From NCBI GenBank assembly GCA_026391675.1, contig JAPLDQ010000048.1, positions 13,850 through 77,849 on the forward strand: 64,000 nt of DNA, in the 5' to 3' direction. Under the pieces are notes generated by a model. It was not told the DNA's origin and did not search any database. It was given only the letters and a program-made list of their open reading frames with translations. Source of the DNA: Bacteroidota bacterium. GTDB lineage: Bacteria; Bacteroidota; Bacteroidia; Bacteroidales; JACABE01. Each line of letters starts with the position of its first letter. The first letter of the stretch is position 1. Below, piece by piece: positions 18,114 to 27,638 of the stretch. A program made the translations under genes and the position numbers.

Positions 18114-19166
18114 TCAATCAATTGCTTTCTTTTCAGGAATGAGTAATGATGCAATAACACTGATTGAAAGAATTCCTAACACAACATATAAGGAATGTGC
18201 TGTAGTAAACCCATTATCTTTTAACCAGTGATTAAATAACATTTTTAAGCCGATAAAAGTTAATAAAGCAGCCAGGCCAACTTTCAGAAAACGGAATTTA
18301 TTCATAATATTGCTCAATAAAAAGAATAATGAACGTAAGCCGATGATAGCAAATATATTACTGAAGAAAACAATATAAGGGTCTTTGGTTACTGAAAAAA
18401 TAGCGGGAACAGAATCGACAGCAAAAATAACATCAGTAAATTCTATGACTAAAAGTACTATCAATAAAGGAGTTATATAAGTTTTCCTGTTCTTTTTTAT
18501 TACAAAATGTTGCTGAACAAAACGTGGATATACGGCAAAATATTTAGATGCAAATTTTACTACAGGATGTTTTTCGGCATCCATTTTTTCTTCTTTATTA
18601 CGCGTCAAAAACATTTTAACACCGGTAAAAATCAATAGTAAGCCAAACAGATAAAGTATCCATTCAAATTCCTGTATTAGGGTTGCACTTAAAAATATAA
18701 AAATAAACCGCATTACTATCGCACCAATAATTCCCCAGAAAAGTACCCTTTTATAAAATTTCTGCTGAACATTAAATGAGATAAAAATTAAAATGATAAC
18801 AAATACATTATCAATAGATAAAGCGTATTCAATCAAATAGCCTGTAAGATATTCCAATGAAAGATTATGATTATAAACCTTTATTGCCGATTCAAAATCC
18901 AGTCCGTCAATGTGTATGGAATGATCATGGATTACAATAAAATACTTTAATTTTTCCATAGTATCAATACCATGTATCCAATTCCCATGAAAGGAGATAA
19001 TGACATAAAACAGCATAGAAATACTTACCCAGATTATGGTCCAGCTAATAGATTCTTTGAAGGAAACAATATGACTCTTTTTCCCAACCAGTATCAAATC
19101 AACAAAAAGCATAAAAAGTATAAATGCCAAAAATGCTGAGAAAAAAATGATTTCGTTCCAGTTCAT
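18114..19166 (-). CDS. TerC-family integral membrane protein
   Basis: Polytopic, with the TerC signature SIDNVFVIILIF and a second half containing AVDSVPAIF. The start is moved to ATG 19166; the track uses TTG at 19172. Confidence 0.8.
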   Translation of the reverse strand: MNWNEIIFFSAFLAFILFMLFVDLILVGKKSHIVSFKESISWTIIWVSISMLFYVIISFHGNWIHGIDTMEKLKYFIVIHDHSIHIDGLDFESAIKVYNHNLSLEYLTGYLIEYALSIDNVFVIILIFISFNVQQKFYKRVLFWGIIGAIVMRFIFIFLSATLIQEFEWILYLFGLLLIFTGVKMFLTRNKEEKMDAEKHPVVKFASKYFAVYPRFVQQHFVIKKNRKTYITPLLIVLLVIEFTDVIFAVDSVPAIFSVTKDPYIVFFSNIFAIIGLRSLFFLLSNIMNKFRFLKVGLAALLTFIGLKMLFNHWLKDNGFTTAHSLYVVLGILSISVIASLLIPEKKAID

Positions 19167-19197
19167 TTGCAATGTTAAGATTTAAACAAAATAATGA

Positions 19198-20226
19198 TTA
19201 TAAAGCGCCTTCAAATTGTTTTAAAAAACGCACATCATTTTCGAAGAATAAACGCAGGTCTTTTATACCGTAACGTAGCATTGTAATACGTTCAATTCCC
19301 ATACCAAAGGCAAAACCGGTATATTCCTTGCTGTCAATTCCGCAATTTTCGAGTACATTGGGATCAACCATACCGCAGCCTAATATTTCAACCCAGCCTG
19401 TATGTTTACATATATTACAGCCTTCGCCTCCACAGATGCTGCATGAAATATCCATTTCGGCAGATGGTTCTGTAAAAGGGAAATAGGAGGGACGCAATCT
19501 GATTTTTGTATTTTCACCAAACATTTCCTTGGCAAAATAAAGCAAGCATTGCTTTAAATCTGCAAATGAAACATTCTTATCAATATACAAACCTTCCACC
19601 TGATGAAATATACAATGTGCCCTTGCAGAAATGGCTTCATTCCTGAAAACCCTGCCCGGGAATATAGCCCTTACAGGCGGTTTATTGTTTTCCATCATCC
19701 TCACCTGAACGGATGAAGTATGGGTACGTAAAGCAATATCACCTTTTTCGGCTGATTTCTCAATAAAGAAAGTATCCTGCATATCTCTGGCAGGATGTTC
19801 CGGTGGAAAATTCAATGCTGAGAAGTTATGCCAGTCGTCTTCAATTTCAGGTCCTTCGCTTACAACAAAACCTATTCTCGAGAAAATACTGATGATTTCA
19901 TTTCGCATCACAGAAAGCGGATGACGTGCTCCCAACTCAATAAAATCAGCCGGTTTGCTTAAGTCAGCCGGAGCTTTCTTTTCAATAACAGATTGAAAAC
20001 TATCTTTAAAACTATCTATTTTTTGTTGGGCAATATTTTTAAGGTCATTGAGTAAAATACCTATTTCTTTGCGTTCTTCAGGGGCAACATTCTTAAAATC
20101 AGCAAATAAGTCCTGTATCTTCCCTTTTTTACCCAGGAATAATATTCGAAATTGTTCTAATTCTTCGGAAGATTTAGCGACAAATGATTGTATATCTTTG
20201 TTTATATTGGCAATTAATTCTTTCAC
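19198..20226 (-). CDS. pheS: Phenylalanine--tRNA ligase alpha subunit
   Basis: 342 aa with class II aaRS motifs (HPARDMQDTFF, FRNEAISARAH, GFAFGMGIERI). GTG start. Confidence 0.92.
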   Translation of the reverse strand: MKELIANINKDIQSFVAKSSEELEQFRILFLGKKGKIQDLFADFKNVAPEERKEIGILLNDLKNIAQQKIDSFKDSFQSVIEKKAPADLSKPADFIELGARHPLSVMRNEIISIFSRIGFVVSEGPEIEDDWHNFSALNFPPEHPARDMQDTFFIEKSAEKGDIALRTHTSSVQVRMMENNKPPVRAIFPGRVFRNEAISARAHCIFHQVEGLYIDKNVSFADLKQCLLYFAKEMFGENTKIRLRPSYFPFTEPSAEMDISCSICGGEGCNICKHTGWVEILGCGMVDPNVLENCGIDSKEYTGFAFGMGIERITMLRYGIKDLRLFFENDVRFLKQFEGAL

Positions 20227-20327
20227 TATACTATTTATTTAATTAAAGGCATTGCAAAATTAATGAATATTCTTACATATTCTTTTTAAAAATTAAAATA
20301 CAAAATAAGAAGATTGATTAATTAGCT

Positions 20328-21008
20328 TTATTCAATGATTTGAATTGTCATTCGAATGTTTTTCAATGGACGGTTGTTTTTATCAGTTGCAACAATTGCA
20401 ATTTTATCTACTACATCCAGACCACTGATTACTTCTCCGAAAACAGTGTAATTTCCATCCAGATGAGGTGTTCCGCCAATAGTTGTATATATTTTTATCT
20501 GTTCTTCAGTAAATGTCTTTCCCATGCGTTGAGCCAGAACATTTAGTTCTTCCAGGGTAAAAACCTTGCCCTGGACAATATAAAACTGTGAGCCTGAAGA
20601 AGCTTTGGTCGGATTAACCTGATCACTTTCACGGGCTGCTGCTAAAACACCTTTTTTATGAAAAATTTCAGGTCTGAATTCAGCAGGAATCGTATATGCC
20701 GGTCCTCCATCACCCAATAAAACACTGTCAGCAGCATGCCTGGAATCAGGATCTCCGCCCTGTATCATAAATTTATTGATAACCCTGTGGAATAATGTAG
20801 AATCGAAGTATTTTTCCTTAACCAGTTTGATAAAATTATCCCTGTGGAATGGTGTTTCGTTATACAATTTAAGCTTGATTTCACCATATTCAGTTGTTAT
20901 TAGGATCTTTGTAAAGGCTGGTTTTTCTGTCTTCTGAGCAAATGCAAAATGTGTTATCTGGAGTAAGAAAATTACGGATAATGCAATTGATAATAATATT
21001 TTTTTCAT
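20328..21008 (-). CDS. Secreted cyclophilin-type peptidyl-prolyl isomerase
   Basis: Has a signal peptide, FHRVINKFMIQGGDP and GSQFYIV motifs. Confidence 0.9.
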   Translation of the reverse strand: MKKILLSIALSVIFLLQITHFAFAQKTEKPAFTKILITTEYGEIKLKLYNETPFHRDNFIKLVKEKYFDSTLFHRVINKFMIQGGDPDSRHAADSVLLGDGGPAYTIPAEFRPEIFHKKGVLAAARESDQVNPTKASSGSQFYIVQGKVFTLEELNVLAQRMGKTFTEEQIKIYTTIGGTPHLDGNYTVFGEVISGLDVVDKIAIVATDKNNRPLKNIRMTIQIIE

Positions 21009-21094
21009 GATTTTGTGATTATTAGTAAAAATTTATGTAGGTTTGCTAAATAATTGAAAATTAAACGCAATATTAATAAAATATCAATAAAAAG

Positions 21095-21472
21095 ATGAAA
21101 AATTTTGCTAAAAATTTGCTTCTTCTTTCAATAATAGCAATTATCTTTATTCTGAGTAATACTTCATGTAAAAAAGATACCGATTGCATAGTAGAAATTT
21201 ACGTAAAATCATTCAATGATACTTCTGTTGTGATTCCTTATGCAGGTGTCTGGATTCATCAGGGTGACAACATTAATATTCTGGGTACTGCAGATGCTAA
21301 CGGTAAATTCTCACATACATTTAAACTGGAAGCCATTGTTAATGTTAACGCTATGGACAGCACTTTATTTGATTTATCTTTTACTCCACCAATACGTATT
21401 TACAGAAAAGGAGAAGGAACAGTCAGATTAATAGAAGGTACAACTGTAAAAAAGACTATTCTTATAAAATAA
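21095..21472 (+). CDS. Small lipoprotein, hypothetical (carboxypeptidase-regulatory-like fold plausible)
   Basis: 125 aa with a signal ending SNTSC. Beta-rich and no recognisable catalytic motif. Confidence 0.55.
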   Translation: MKNFAKNLLLLSIIAIIFILSNTSCKKDTDCIVEIYVKSFNDTSVVIPYAGVWIHQGDNINILGTADANGKFSHTFKLEAIVNVNAMDSTLFDLSFTPPIRIYRKGEGTVRLIEGTTVKKTILIK

Positions 21473-21488
21473 TATTGTAAATTCTTTT

Positions 21489-22490
21489 TTATTCAACCAT
21501 ATCAGCATCATTCGGTAAACTCTTTAATATCATTTCATAAACTTTTTTCCGTTTTTGTCTTACTGATCTGATGCCAATGATAATTATCCCTATTATCATT
21601 AATGAAGCCAAAACAATTACAATAGATACACCCAATGAATTTTCACTTTCTGTACCAAATGGAATCCCCTTGCCAAAAATAATGCGGTAACCGATTATTA
21701 GTAAAGAGAATAATAATATCAGTAACCATGATGTTTTATTTTCAGGGTAATCTTCTTCTTCGATATTAGGTATCATAACTCTTTCAAACTGGAAGTAAAC
21801 CGGAATCAGCATGATTAGCATTGATAAATTAATCAGTAATTCATGTAAGGGGAACCTTGGTAAGAATAAAACAAATAAGATGAGACTACCGAAAAACCAT
21901 GGGATAAAGATCTGATTTTTAATAAATTCAGCCCTGTTCCTTTTATTGATAAGTGAAAAAGAATTTGATGAATTTAAAATTGGATAAACAGAAAAATTTC
22001 CAATGACAATTAGTAAAATAATTGCCATTGCTACAAGAAGTATCTTGAATTCCATCCCCAGATATAACCAATCTGCAATAAGGTTTGAACCATACAACAG
22101 AAAAATAGTTCCAATAGCAAAAGATCCGATAATCCTGTTGACAAAATGCAATACGCCCCAAAGTAAAAATACTTTTATTACTGAATCAGTATTAGAATAT
22201 TTTCTGAATAACATCATAAATATAAATGCAAATACCATTGAAATTATAGGTCCTGTTGAGAAAACTGCCAATGCAGAATCAGAGTACCAGAATTTAGAGT
22301 TATCAGGCGTTAGAAATTTTACTTCATGATAAAACAGAACAACTCTCAAATAGTATTGTCCTGCAATAAATGCAGTAAAAAATTGATAAATAAAATAGAC
22401 AAACAAAAAAGCCAGAACATACATAATGGTTGAGTTAATCCTTATGTATTTAAATATTCTCTCTTTCTCACTGCTATTAATTCTTTCCAT
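21489..22490 (-). CDS. Polytopic membrane protein, hypothetical
   Basis: 333 aa with about 8 hydrophobic helices and a basic C-terminal tail (RSVRQKRKKV). No family recognised. Confidence 0.55.
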   Translation of the reverse strand: MERINSSEKERIFKYIRINSTIMYVLAFLFVYFIYQFFTAFIAGQYYLRVVLFYHEVKFLTPDNSKFWYSDSALAVFSTGPIISMVFAFIFMMLFRKYSNTDSVIKVFLLWGVLHFVNRIIGSFAIGTIFLLYGSNLIADWLYLGMEFKILLVAMAIILLIVIGNFSVYPILNSSNSFSLINKRNRAEFIKNQIFIPWFFGSLILFVLFLPRFPLHELLINLSMLIMLIPVYFQFERVMIPNIEEEDYPENKTSWLLILLFSLLIIGYRIIFGKGIPFGTESENSLGVSIVIVLASLMIIGIIIIGIRSVRQKRKKVYEMILKSLPNDADMVE

Positions 22491-22550
22491 AATTCAAAAT
22501 CTATAGATATACAAACGTACAGTTTTTTTTGTTAAATTCAAAAAATAATT

Positions 22551-22588
22551 AAAAAAGCTACTTCAGTAAAATGTTGAAGTAGCTTTTA
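22551..22588 (-). terminator. Rho-independent terminator ending the sigma/barrel/cargo operon
   Basis: Perfect 10-bp stem AGCTACTTCA (22556-22565) / TGAAGTAGCT (22575-22584). The A6 on the plus strand gives a T6 tail on the minus strand. Confidence 0.75.
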
Positions 22589-22610
22589 GTAAACAAATAA
22601 TTATGGGGAA

Positions 22611-24119
22611 TTATTTTACTAAGACAAGTTTTTTTATAAAACAGCTTGTATGATTAGTACTGATTCTTACAGAATAAATTCCTTTGATAAGATTCCGGGT
22701 ATTTAACGTTATCTTTTCCTGTCCAGCTGAATAAGTATCAGCTTTTGAGTATACTAATTGCCCTAACTGATTAAAGATTGAAATCTCCATTTTAGTTGTT
22801 TTATTCAATATCACATCAAGATAAACATCAGCATTTGATGGATTTGGATAAATTTCGCTCATAGTATAAAATACTGAATTAACTTCTTCGGCAGAAAGTG
22901 CAATATCATTACCCTTTATAAAAAAATTGATATTATTAATATTAGTATTCAGATTGTTTAGATTAACAGATGCTAATTCTGAAATTTTACCAATTTTTTC
23001 AACGTATAATTTATAATTATCATAAGGAAGATTCAGGAAAATATAATTTCCCTGAGGATCAGTATTAGTTAGTTTTATCGGTTTATTATTCTGATTAAGT
23101 AATAATACTTCAATCCCTGATACAGGTATTGTTGAAAGAGTAGTTGAAAACTGTGAAACATTTCCACTTATACTCCCAATCCCTGCAGAAATTAAATAAT
23201 ATGGAATAAAATCAATATTATAAAGAATATCTGTTGTATCTGGTAGTAACGGAATAGAATATACCCATGAATATTGTGAATTATAGTAGGTAGAAATATA
23301 CTTGTTATTCAGAGTTGAATTCGCCGGTAACATCGCTTTAACCAGGTATGCAGTAAAATTTGTAGCGATATTAATAAAATAATAAAATCCATTCGTATCC
23401 ATTGTTACAGAATCAATTAAATTACAGGTACCCAATGGATTATTAATACCATATAAAAGAACATAACCTTCTGACTGAACAGCATTGGCTTTTGTAATAA
23501 AACCACAAATCCTCGGAATATTTGCAAAAATATGTATATATTGTATAGATTGCGACTGGCAGGTATCCAGATTTGGTAATAATGTCACGGTATTAAGAGT
23601 TACAGTATATACAACCTGCCCTGATGCAGGTTGCTGGAAAGAATGACTTATATTTTGTCCGGATGCTGTATAACCATCGCTAAATATCCAGTTATAAATA
23701 GTTGGAAAAGATATTAAATTTGAAGCTGAGAAGTTGAATAACAGATTTTGTTTTGTATAGGTAAAACTGTTATGACAATTAACAGGTGTTGTATCACAAA
23801 TACTAAAATTAATAATTGTTAAACTGTCAACGGAATATGCAATTCCATAATGTACTGCATTATTACAATCTTTTGTAGTTACATAATAAGATAGGTTTGA
23901 ATTTGGCGTAATGCCGGTTATTTGTTTACTGTAATAACCATTAATTCCGGTTGTAATGGTATCAAAGTATGTATTGCTGTCAGTTACGTATATAGTATGA
24001 TTTGCAATGCCAACATAATTCTGATTATTGGTCACCTGGCCCTGAATTAATATATTGTCAGCGTTGGCAAAGTCAACAATAAATAAACTCAACAAGACAA
24101 AATATATTAGTTTTTTCAT
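22611..24119 (-). CDS. T9SS cargo with carboxypeptidase-regulatory-like and PKD-like domains
   Basis: The start is set at MKKLIYFVLL (ATG 24119), which gives a signal peptide and removes the overlap with the upstream gene. PKD-type YNWIFSDGYTASG..H.F; C-terminal IYPNPSNADVYLDV...KKLVLVK. Confidence 0.75.
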   Translation of the reverse strand: MKKLIYFVLLSLFIVDFANADNILIQGQVTNNQNYVGIANHTIYVTDSNTYFDTITTGINGYYSKQITGITPNSNLSYYVTTKDCNNAVHYGIAYSVDSLTIINFSICDTTPVNCHNSFTYTKQNLLFNFSASNLISFPTIYNWIFSDGYTASGQNISHSFQQPASGQVVYTVTLNTVTLLPNLDTCQSQSIQYIHIFANIPRICGFITKANAVQSEGYVLLYGINNPLGTCNLIDSVTMDTNGFYYFINIATNFTAYLVKAMLPANSTLNNKYISTYYNSQYSWVYSIPLLPDTTDILYNIDFIPYYLISAGIGSISGNVSQFSTTLSTIPVSGIEVLLLNQNNKPIKLTNTDPQGNYIFLNLPYDNYKLYVEKIGKISELASVNLNNLNTNINNINFFIKGNDIALSAEEVNSVFYTMSEIYPNPSNADVYLDVILNKTTKMEISIFNQLGQLVYSKADTYSAGQEKITLNTRNLIKGIYSVRISTNHTSCFIKKLVLVK

Positions 24120-24130
24120 AAGTTTCAAAT

Positions 24131-25567
24131 TTAAAAAGTGTACATCATTCCCATTCCTATTCCGTATAAGGTGTATTTTTGTTGGATTGGATATTGATTT
24201 TGATTTAGTAAGCTTCCCATATTCATTTTCATTGATGGCCGGACAAAAAAGCTCCATTTTTCATTCAATTGATATCTGAGTGCTATCCGTAATATATAAT
24301 TCAATTGCAGATCGTTTAAATAGGGTGAATTTCTGTTTTCAATTCTATCAATAGTTTTATTATCAGTTGCAAGTAAAAATGCATCAGCTTTAATCAAAAA
24401 GCCAAACGAAAAACCTGTAGAAATATCAACAATGAATTTATTAACAGCAAAGCTTTTACCTATAAGCAAAGGAATTTCAATATATCTGAATGTATTGGTA
24501 TAATTTGCAATCCGTTTTTGTGTTAAATAGCTGGTATCCTTTACATTATACCATATTGTGTCATATCTCCAGTATCCCGGATGGCCGGCTGAATCTCTGA
24601 CGTAAACCAAAGAATCATAATAAGTTAGTTTATTGTTTATAATGTTTTCAATAACGTTGAAGTTATAATTTACTTTCTCTCCATAAATCTGGTAGTTCAG
24701 ACCTGTCTGGAAAAACAAATTTTTAGTATTAAACTTTAATTCAATTCCCGGAGCGTAAGTTAAGATTTTAGATTCATTTATTTCCCTGAATTTAACAACA
24801 GAAGCAAATTCATTGGTTGAACTGAGTTTTTTGTCAGTATTAAAAAGATTTCCGGATAGTTCAATAGATATTGAGTTGTATGATTTTGTAAATTCAATGG
24901 GTTTTAATTTTGCAATATTTTCTTCTGTATTGGCTTCAACATTGTAATTTTCAGCAGGAAGTAGTGTTAAAATCCCTGACTTTAATGCTTCATTCTTTGA
25001 GATTTCAATTTCTTTAGCGTTTAAACTTTCGATTTTAGAAATATTGCTTTCAGTATATTTCAATACTAAAGCATTGTTTGAAGCTGCTGATTCTTCATTA
25101 ACACTACTTACTTCAGTATAAGCTGAGTTTGTTGCTTCTGTATTACTAATAGTTGCATTGCTAATTTCTAAATTTGATGGCTGCAATTGAGCAATATTAT
25201 TTTCTTTTTTTAATTTATGAATTTTATTTTTAACTATTTGGTTATCATTATTTTTTATTTGTGATGTATTGTTTGAATTTCTTTCAGTTAGATTTATTGC
25301 TGAGGCATTCTTCGGTTGATTTACTTTATTTGATTCAGTAATACTGTTAATATGTTTTAAATTTGAATTGTTTATTAATAAATAGGCAAAAAGAGTTACA
25401 GGTATAGCAATTATGATAATACCCAGCGTAATTTTGAATATTCTGGTATAATTGGTATAATTCAACAACCAAAAGACCTTGTCTTCGTTGTTATTTGACG
25501 GCGATTCTTCTTTGTAGTCGAACAGCGCATTTCTGAATAGATCGTCAATTTTATTTTTCTCGTTCAT
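24131..25567 (-). CDS. Sigma-coupled membrane protein: short cytoplasmic N-terminus, one TM helix, N/S/E-rich linker, C-terminal OM beta-barrel-like domain
   Basis: 478 aa. N-terminal KIDDLFRNALFDY, TM helix ITLGIIIIAIPVTLFAYLLI, and a C-terminal third of alternating amphipathic strands ending GMGMMYTF. Its start overlaps the sigma stop (ATGA). Confidence 0.65.
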   Translation of the reverse strand: MNEKNKIDDLFRNALFDYKEESPSNNNEDKVFWLLNYTNYTRIFKITLGIIIIAIPVTLFAYLLINNSNLKHINSITESNKVNQPKNASAINLTERNSNNTSQIKNNDNQIVKNKIHKLKKENNIAQLQPSNLEISNATISNTEATNSAYTEVSSVNEESAASNNALVLKYTESNISKIESLNAKEIEISKNEALKSGILTLLPAENYNVEANTEENIAKLKPIEFTKSYNSISIELSGNLFNTDKKLSSTNEFASVVKFREINESKILTYAPGIELKFNTKNLFFQTGLNYQIYGEKVNYNFNVIENIINNKLTYYDSLVYVRDSAGHPGYWRYDTIWYNVKDTSYLTQKRIANYTNTFRYIEIPLLIGKSFAVNKFIVDISTGFSFGFLIKADAFLLATDNKTIDRIENRNSPYLNDLQLNYILRIALRYQLNEKWSFFVRPSMKMNMGSLLNQNQYPIQQKYTLYGIGMGMMYTF

Positions 25568-26115
25568 ACGGCTACGTAATTATTTTTTTTTAGCTTTTCA
25601 ATACTGTAAGCTATTATTTTTCTTGCTCTTGATAATTGTGATTTTGATGTACTTTCGCTAATTCCGAGCATCACGCTGATTTCTTTGTGCGAATACTCTT
25701 CAATAGCATATAAATTAAAAACCATCCTTGATCCTTCAGGCAACGAACGGACTATTTTCATCAGTTCTGATGGCTGAATATCAACTTCGGCATAAATTTC
25801 TTCATGATGATCATCAGGAATATCTGTTTGCTGGGTAATGAAAACTACTTTAACTTTGTTTCTCAAATAGGTAAGTGCAGAATTAATCATAATCTTCCGC
25901 ATCCAGCCCTCAAAACTTCCTTCATTTCTGTATTTTTCGATATTCATAAAAATTTTGACAAATCCTTCCTGCAAAACATCCTCAGCATCAACTTTATTTC
26001 CTATGTAACGTAAGCAAATACCGAACATTAATCCCTCATATCGCTTGTAAAGCAATTGCTGGGCTGACCTTTTTTTGTTGAGGCATCCTGCTATTATGGT
26101 ATTAATGTCTTCCAT
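25564..26115 (-). CDS. ECF-type sigma-70 family RNA polymerase sigma factor
   Basis: 183 aa. Region 2 has AEDVLQEGFVKIF..W...I; region 4 has an HTH (YSHKEISVMLGISESTSKSQLSRARK). Confidence 0.88.
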   Translation of the reverse strand: MEDINTIIAGCLNKKRSAQQLLYKRYEGLMFGICLRYIGNKVDAEDVLQEGFVKIFMNIEKYRNEGSFEGWMRKIMINSALTYLRNKVKVVFITQQTDIPDDHHEEIYAEVDIQPSELMKIVRSLPEGSRMVFNLYAIEEYSHKEISVMLGISESTSKSQLSRARKIIAYSIEKLKKNNYVAV

Positions 26116-26277
26116 TACTTGTTATATAGATGCAATAATTGTAAAAAGGTTGGAATTTTTAACAATTATTTTCAATATTAATCAAAATTACTACACAATT
26201 GATTAATAAGTTTAAAAATGTTAAAAATATTGCTGTTCCATAAATTTTACGTAAAATTGCAGTATTAAAATTTGCAG

Positions 26278-26670
26278 ATGTTTGTAATTACGAGAGAATT
26301 GATTTTTAAATTTCTGAAGTTTGGTATTGTTGGGGCTTCCGGTGTATTGGTAGATTTTGGTTTTACATATCTTTGCAAGGAAATCTTAAAAATACAAAAA
26401 TATATTGCCAATGCTATCGGTTTTACACTGGCAGCCAGTTCTAATTATATTTTAAACAGAATCTGGACTTTTCACAGTCAGAATCCTGAAATTGCCATTG
26501 AATACAGCAAATTCCTGTTTATTTCGCTTATCGGACTGGGAATTAATACCCTTATATTATGGACGTTGGTAAGCAAATTTAATAAACAATTCTATATTTC
26601 CAAGCTTTTTGCCATTGCTATCGTAACGGTTTGGAATTTCTTTATCAATATGATATTTACTTTTCATTAA
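26278..26670 (+). CDS. GtrA-family membrane protein
   Basis: About 130 aa with 4 TM, FLKFGIVGASGVLVDFG and NYILNRIWTFH motifs. ATG at 26278; the track uses TTG at 26272. Confidence 0.8.
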   Translation: MFVITRELIFKFLKFGIVGASGVLVDFGFTYLCKEILKIQKYIANAIGFTLAASSNYILNRIWTFHSQNPEIAIEYSKFLFISLIGLGINTLILWTLVSKFNKQFYISKLFAIAIVTVWNFFINMIFTFH

Positions 26671-26682
26671 GATTAATAAAAT

Positions 26683-26722
26683 AAAAAAACCGGAGATTTC
26701 GACTTTGAAATCTCCGGTTTTT
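26683..26722. terminator. Bidirectional Rho-independent terminator (gtrA-like / atpG convergent pair)
   Basis: Perfect 11-bp stem CCGGAGATTTC (26690-26700) / GAAATCTCCGG (26707-26717), flanked by an A7 run upstream and a T5 run downstream. Confidence 0.85.
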
Positions 26723-26740
26723 ATTTTATTGTGTAAATCT

Positions 26741-27622
26741 TTAGCCTTTCAGTGCTTCAGCTCCGCCTACAATTTCCAGAATTTCGTTGGTAATAGCCGC
26801 CTGACGTGCTTTATTGTATGATAAACGCAATTGTTTAAGCATTTCTGTAGCATTATCGGTTGCTTTGTGCATGGCAGTCATACGTGCACCCTGTTCCGAA
26901 GCCCATGAATCAAGCACTACTTTGTACAACTGAATTTTAAGGGTTTTTGGTACCAGTTCGTTTAAGATTTCCTGTTTGTCGGGTTCAAAAATATAATCAA
27001 CTGCTGTAGTCTTTTTAGTTGTTGATGAAGGAGGCATAACAGGTAAAAATTGTTCCACAACCAGTTGTTGTGTTGCTGCATTTTTAAAACGGTTATAAAC
27101 GATTTCGATTTTATCGTATTTTTTCAATTGAAATTCACTCATGAGTTGTTCTGCAACAGGAACTATATTTTCATAGGCCAGTTTATCGAATATATGGTCT
27201 AAACGGTCAGTAATAATATAATTGCGTCTTGCAAAGAAATCACCGGCTTTTTTACCAATGCACAAAATTTCCACATTGCCTTTTTTATTCTGGGCAGCAT
27301 ACTCTTCATTGATAAGGACATTGATGGCTTTAATAATATTTGTATTAAATGCTCCACACATTCCTCTGTTGGAGGAAACCGCAATAATCAATACCTTTTC
27401 AACCTTACGTACTTCATAAAAAGCAGCTGCATTTGTATTTTCAATGCTATCGCTTAAATTCTGCAATATTTCTGTCAGTTTTGCTGCATAAGGTCTGAGC
27501 TTGATAATAGCGTTCTGTGCTCTCCTCAGTTTAGATGCCGATACCATTTTCATGGCACTGGTAATCTGCTTGGTTGAGTTTACGGAAGTAATCCTCGTTC
27601 TGACTTCTTTTAAATTGGGCAT
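26741..27622 (-). CDS. atpG: F1 ATP synthase gamma subunit
   Basis: 293 aa with N-terminal NLKEVRTRI.SV.ST.QIT.AMKMVSA and C-terminal ITNEILEIVGGAEAL. Confidence 0.93.
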   Translation of the reverse strand: MPNLKEVRTRITSVNSTKQITSAMKMVSASKLRRAQNAIIKLRPYAAKLTEILQNLSDSIENTNAAAFYEVRKVEKVLIIAVSSNRGMCGAFNTNIIKAINVLINEEYAAQNKKGNVEILCIGKKAGDFFARRNYIITDRLDHIFDKLAYENIVPVAEQLMSEFQLKKYDKIEIVYNRFKNAATQQLVVEQFLPVMPPSSTTKKTTAVDYIFEPDKQEILNELVPKTLKIQLYKVVLDSWASEQGARMTAMHKATDNATEMLKQLRLSYNKARQAAITNEILEIVGGAEALKG

Positions 27623-27638
27623 ATTGGCTCCCTATTAA

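Noticed and set aside
19167-19197. yybP-ykoY (Mn2+) riboswitch upstream of the TerC-family gene
   Set aside because: Only about 30 nt separate the TerC start from the pheS stop, which is far too short for the roughly 100-nt or longer riboswitch. The gene appears co-transcribed with pheS.
24120-24257. N-terminal extension of the cargo gene (track ORF 22611-24257) overlapping the upstream gene by 127 nt
   Set aside because: The internal ATG at 24119 yields a canonical signal peptide (MKKLIYFVLLSLFIVDFANA) and sits 11 nt after the upstream stop. The extension has no signal and would overlap a coding region.
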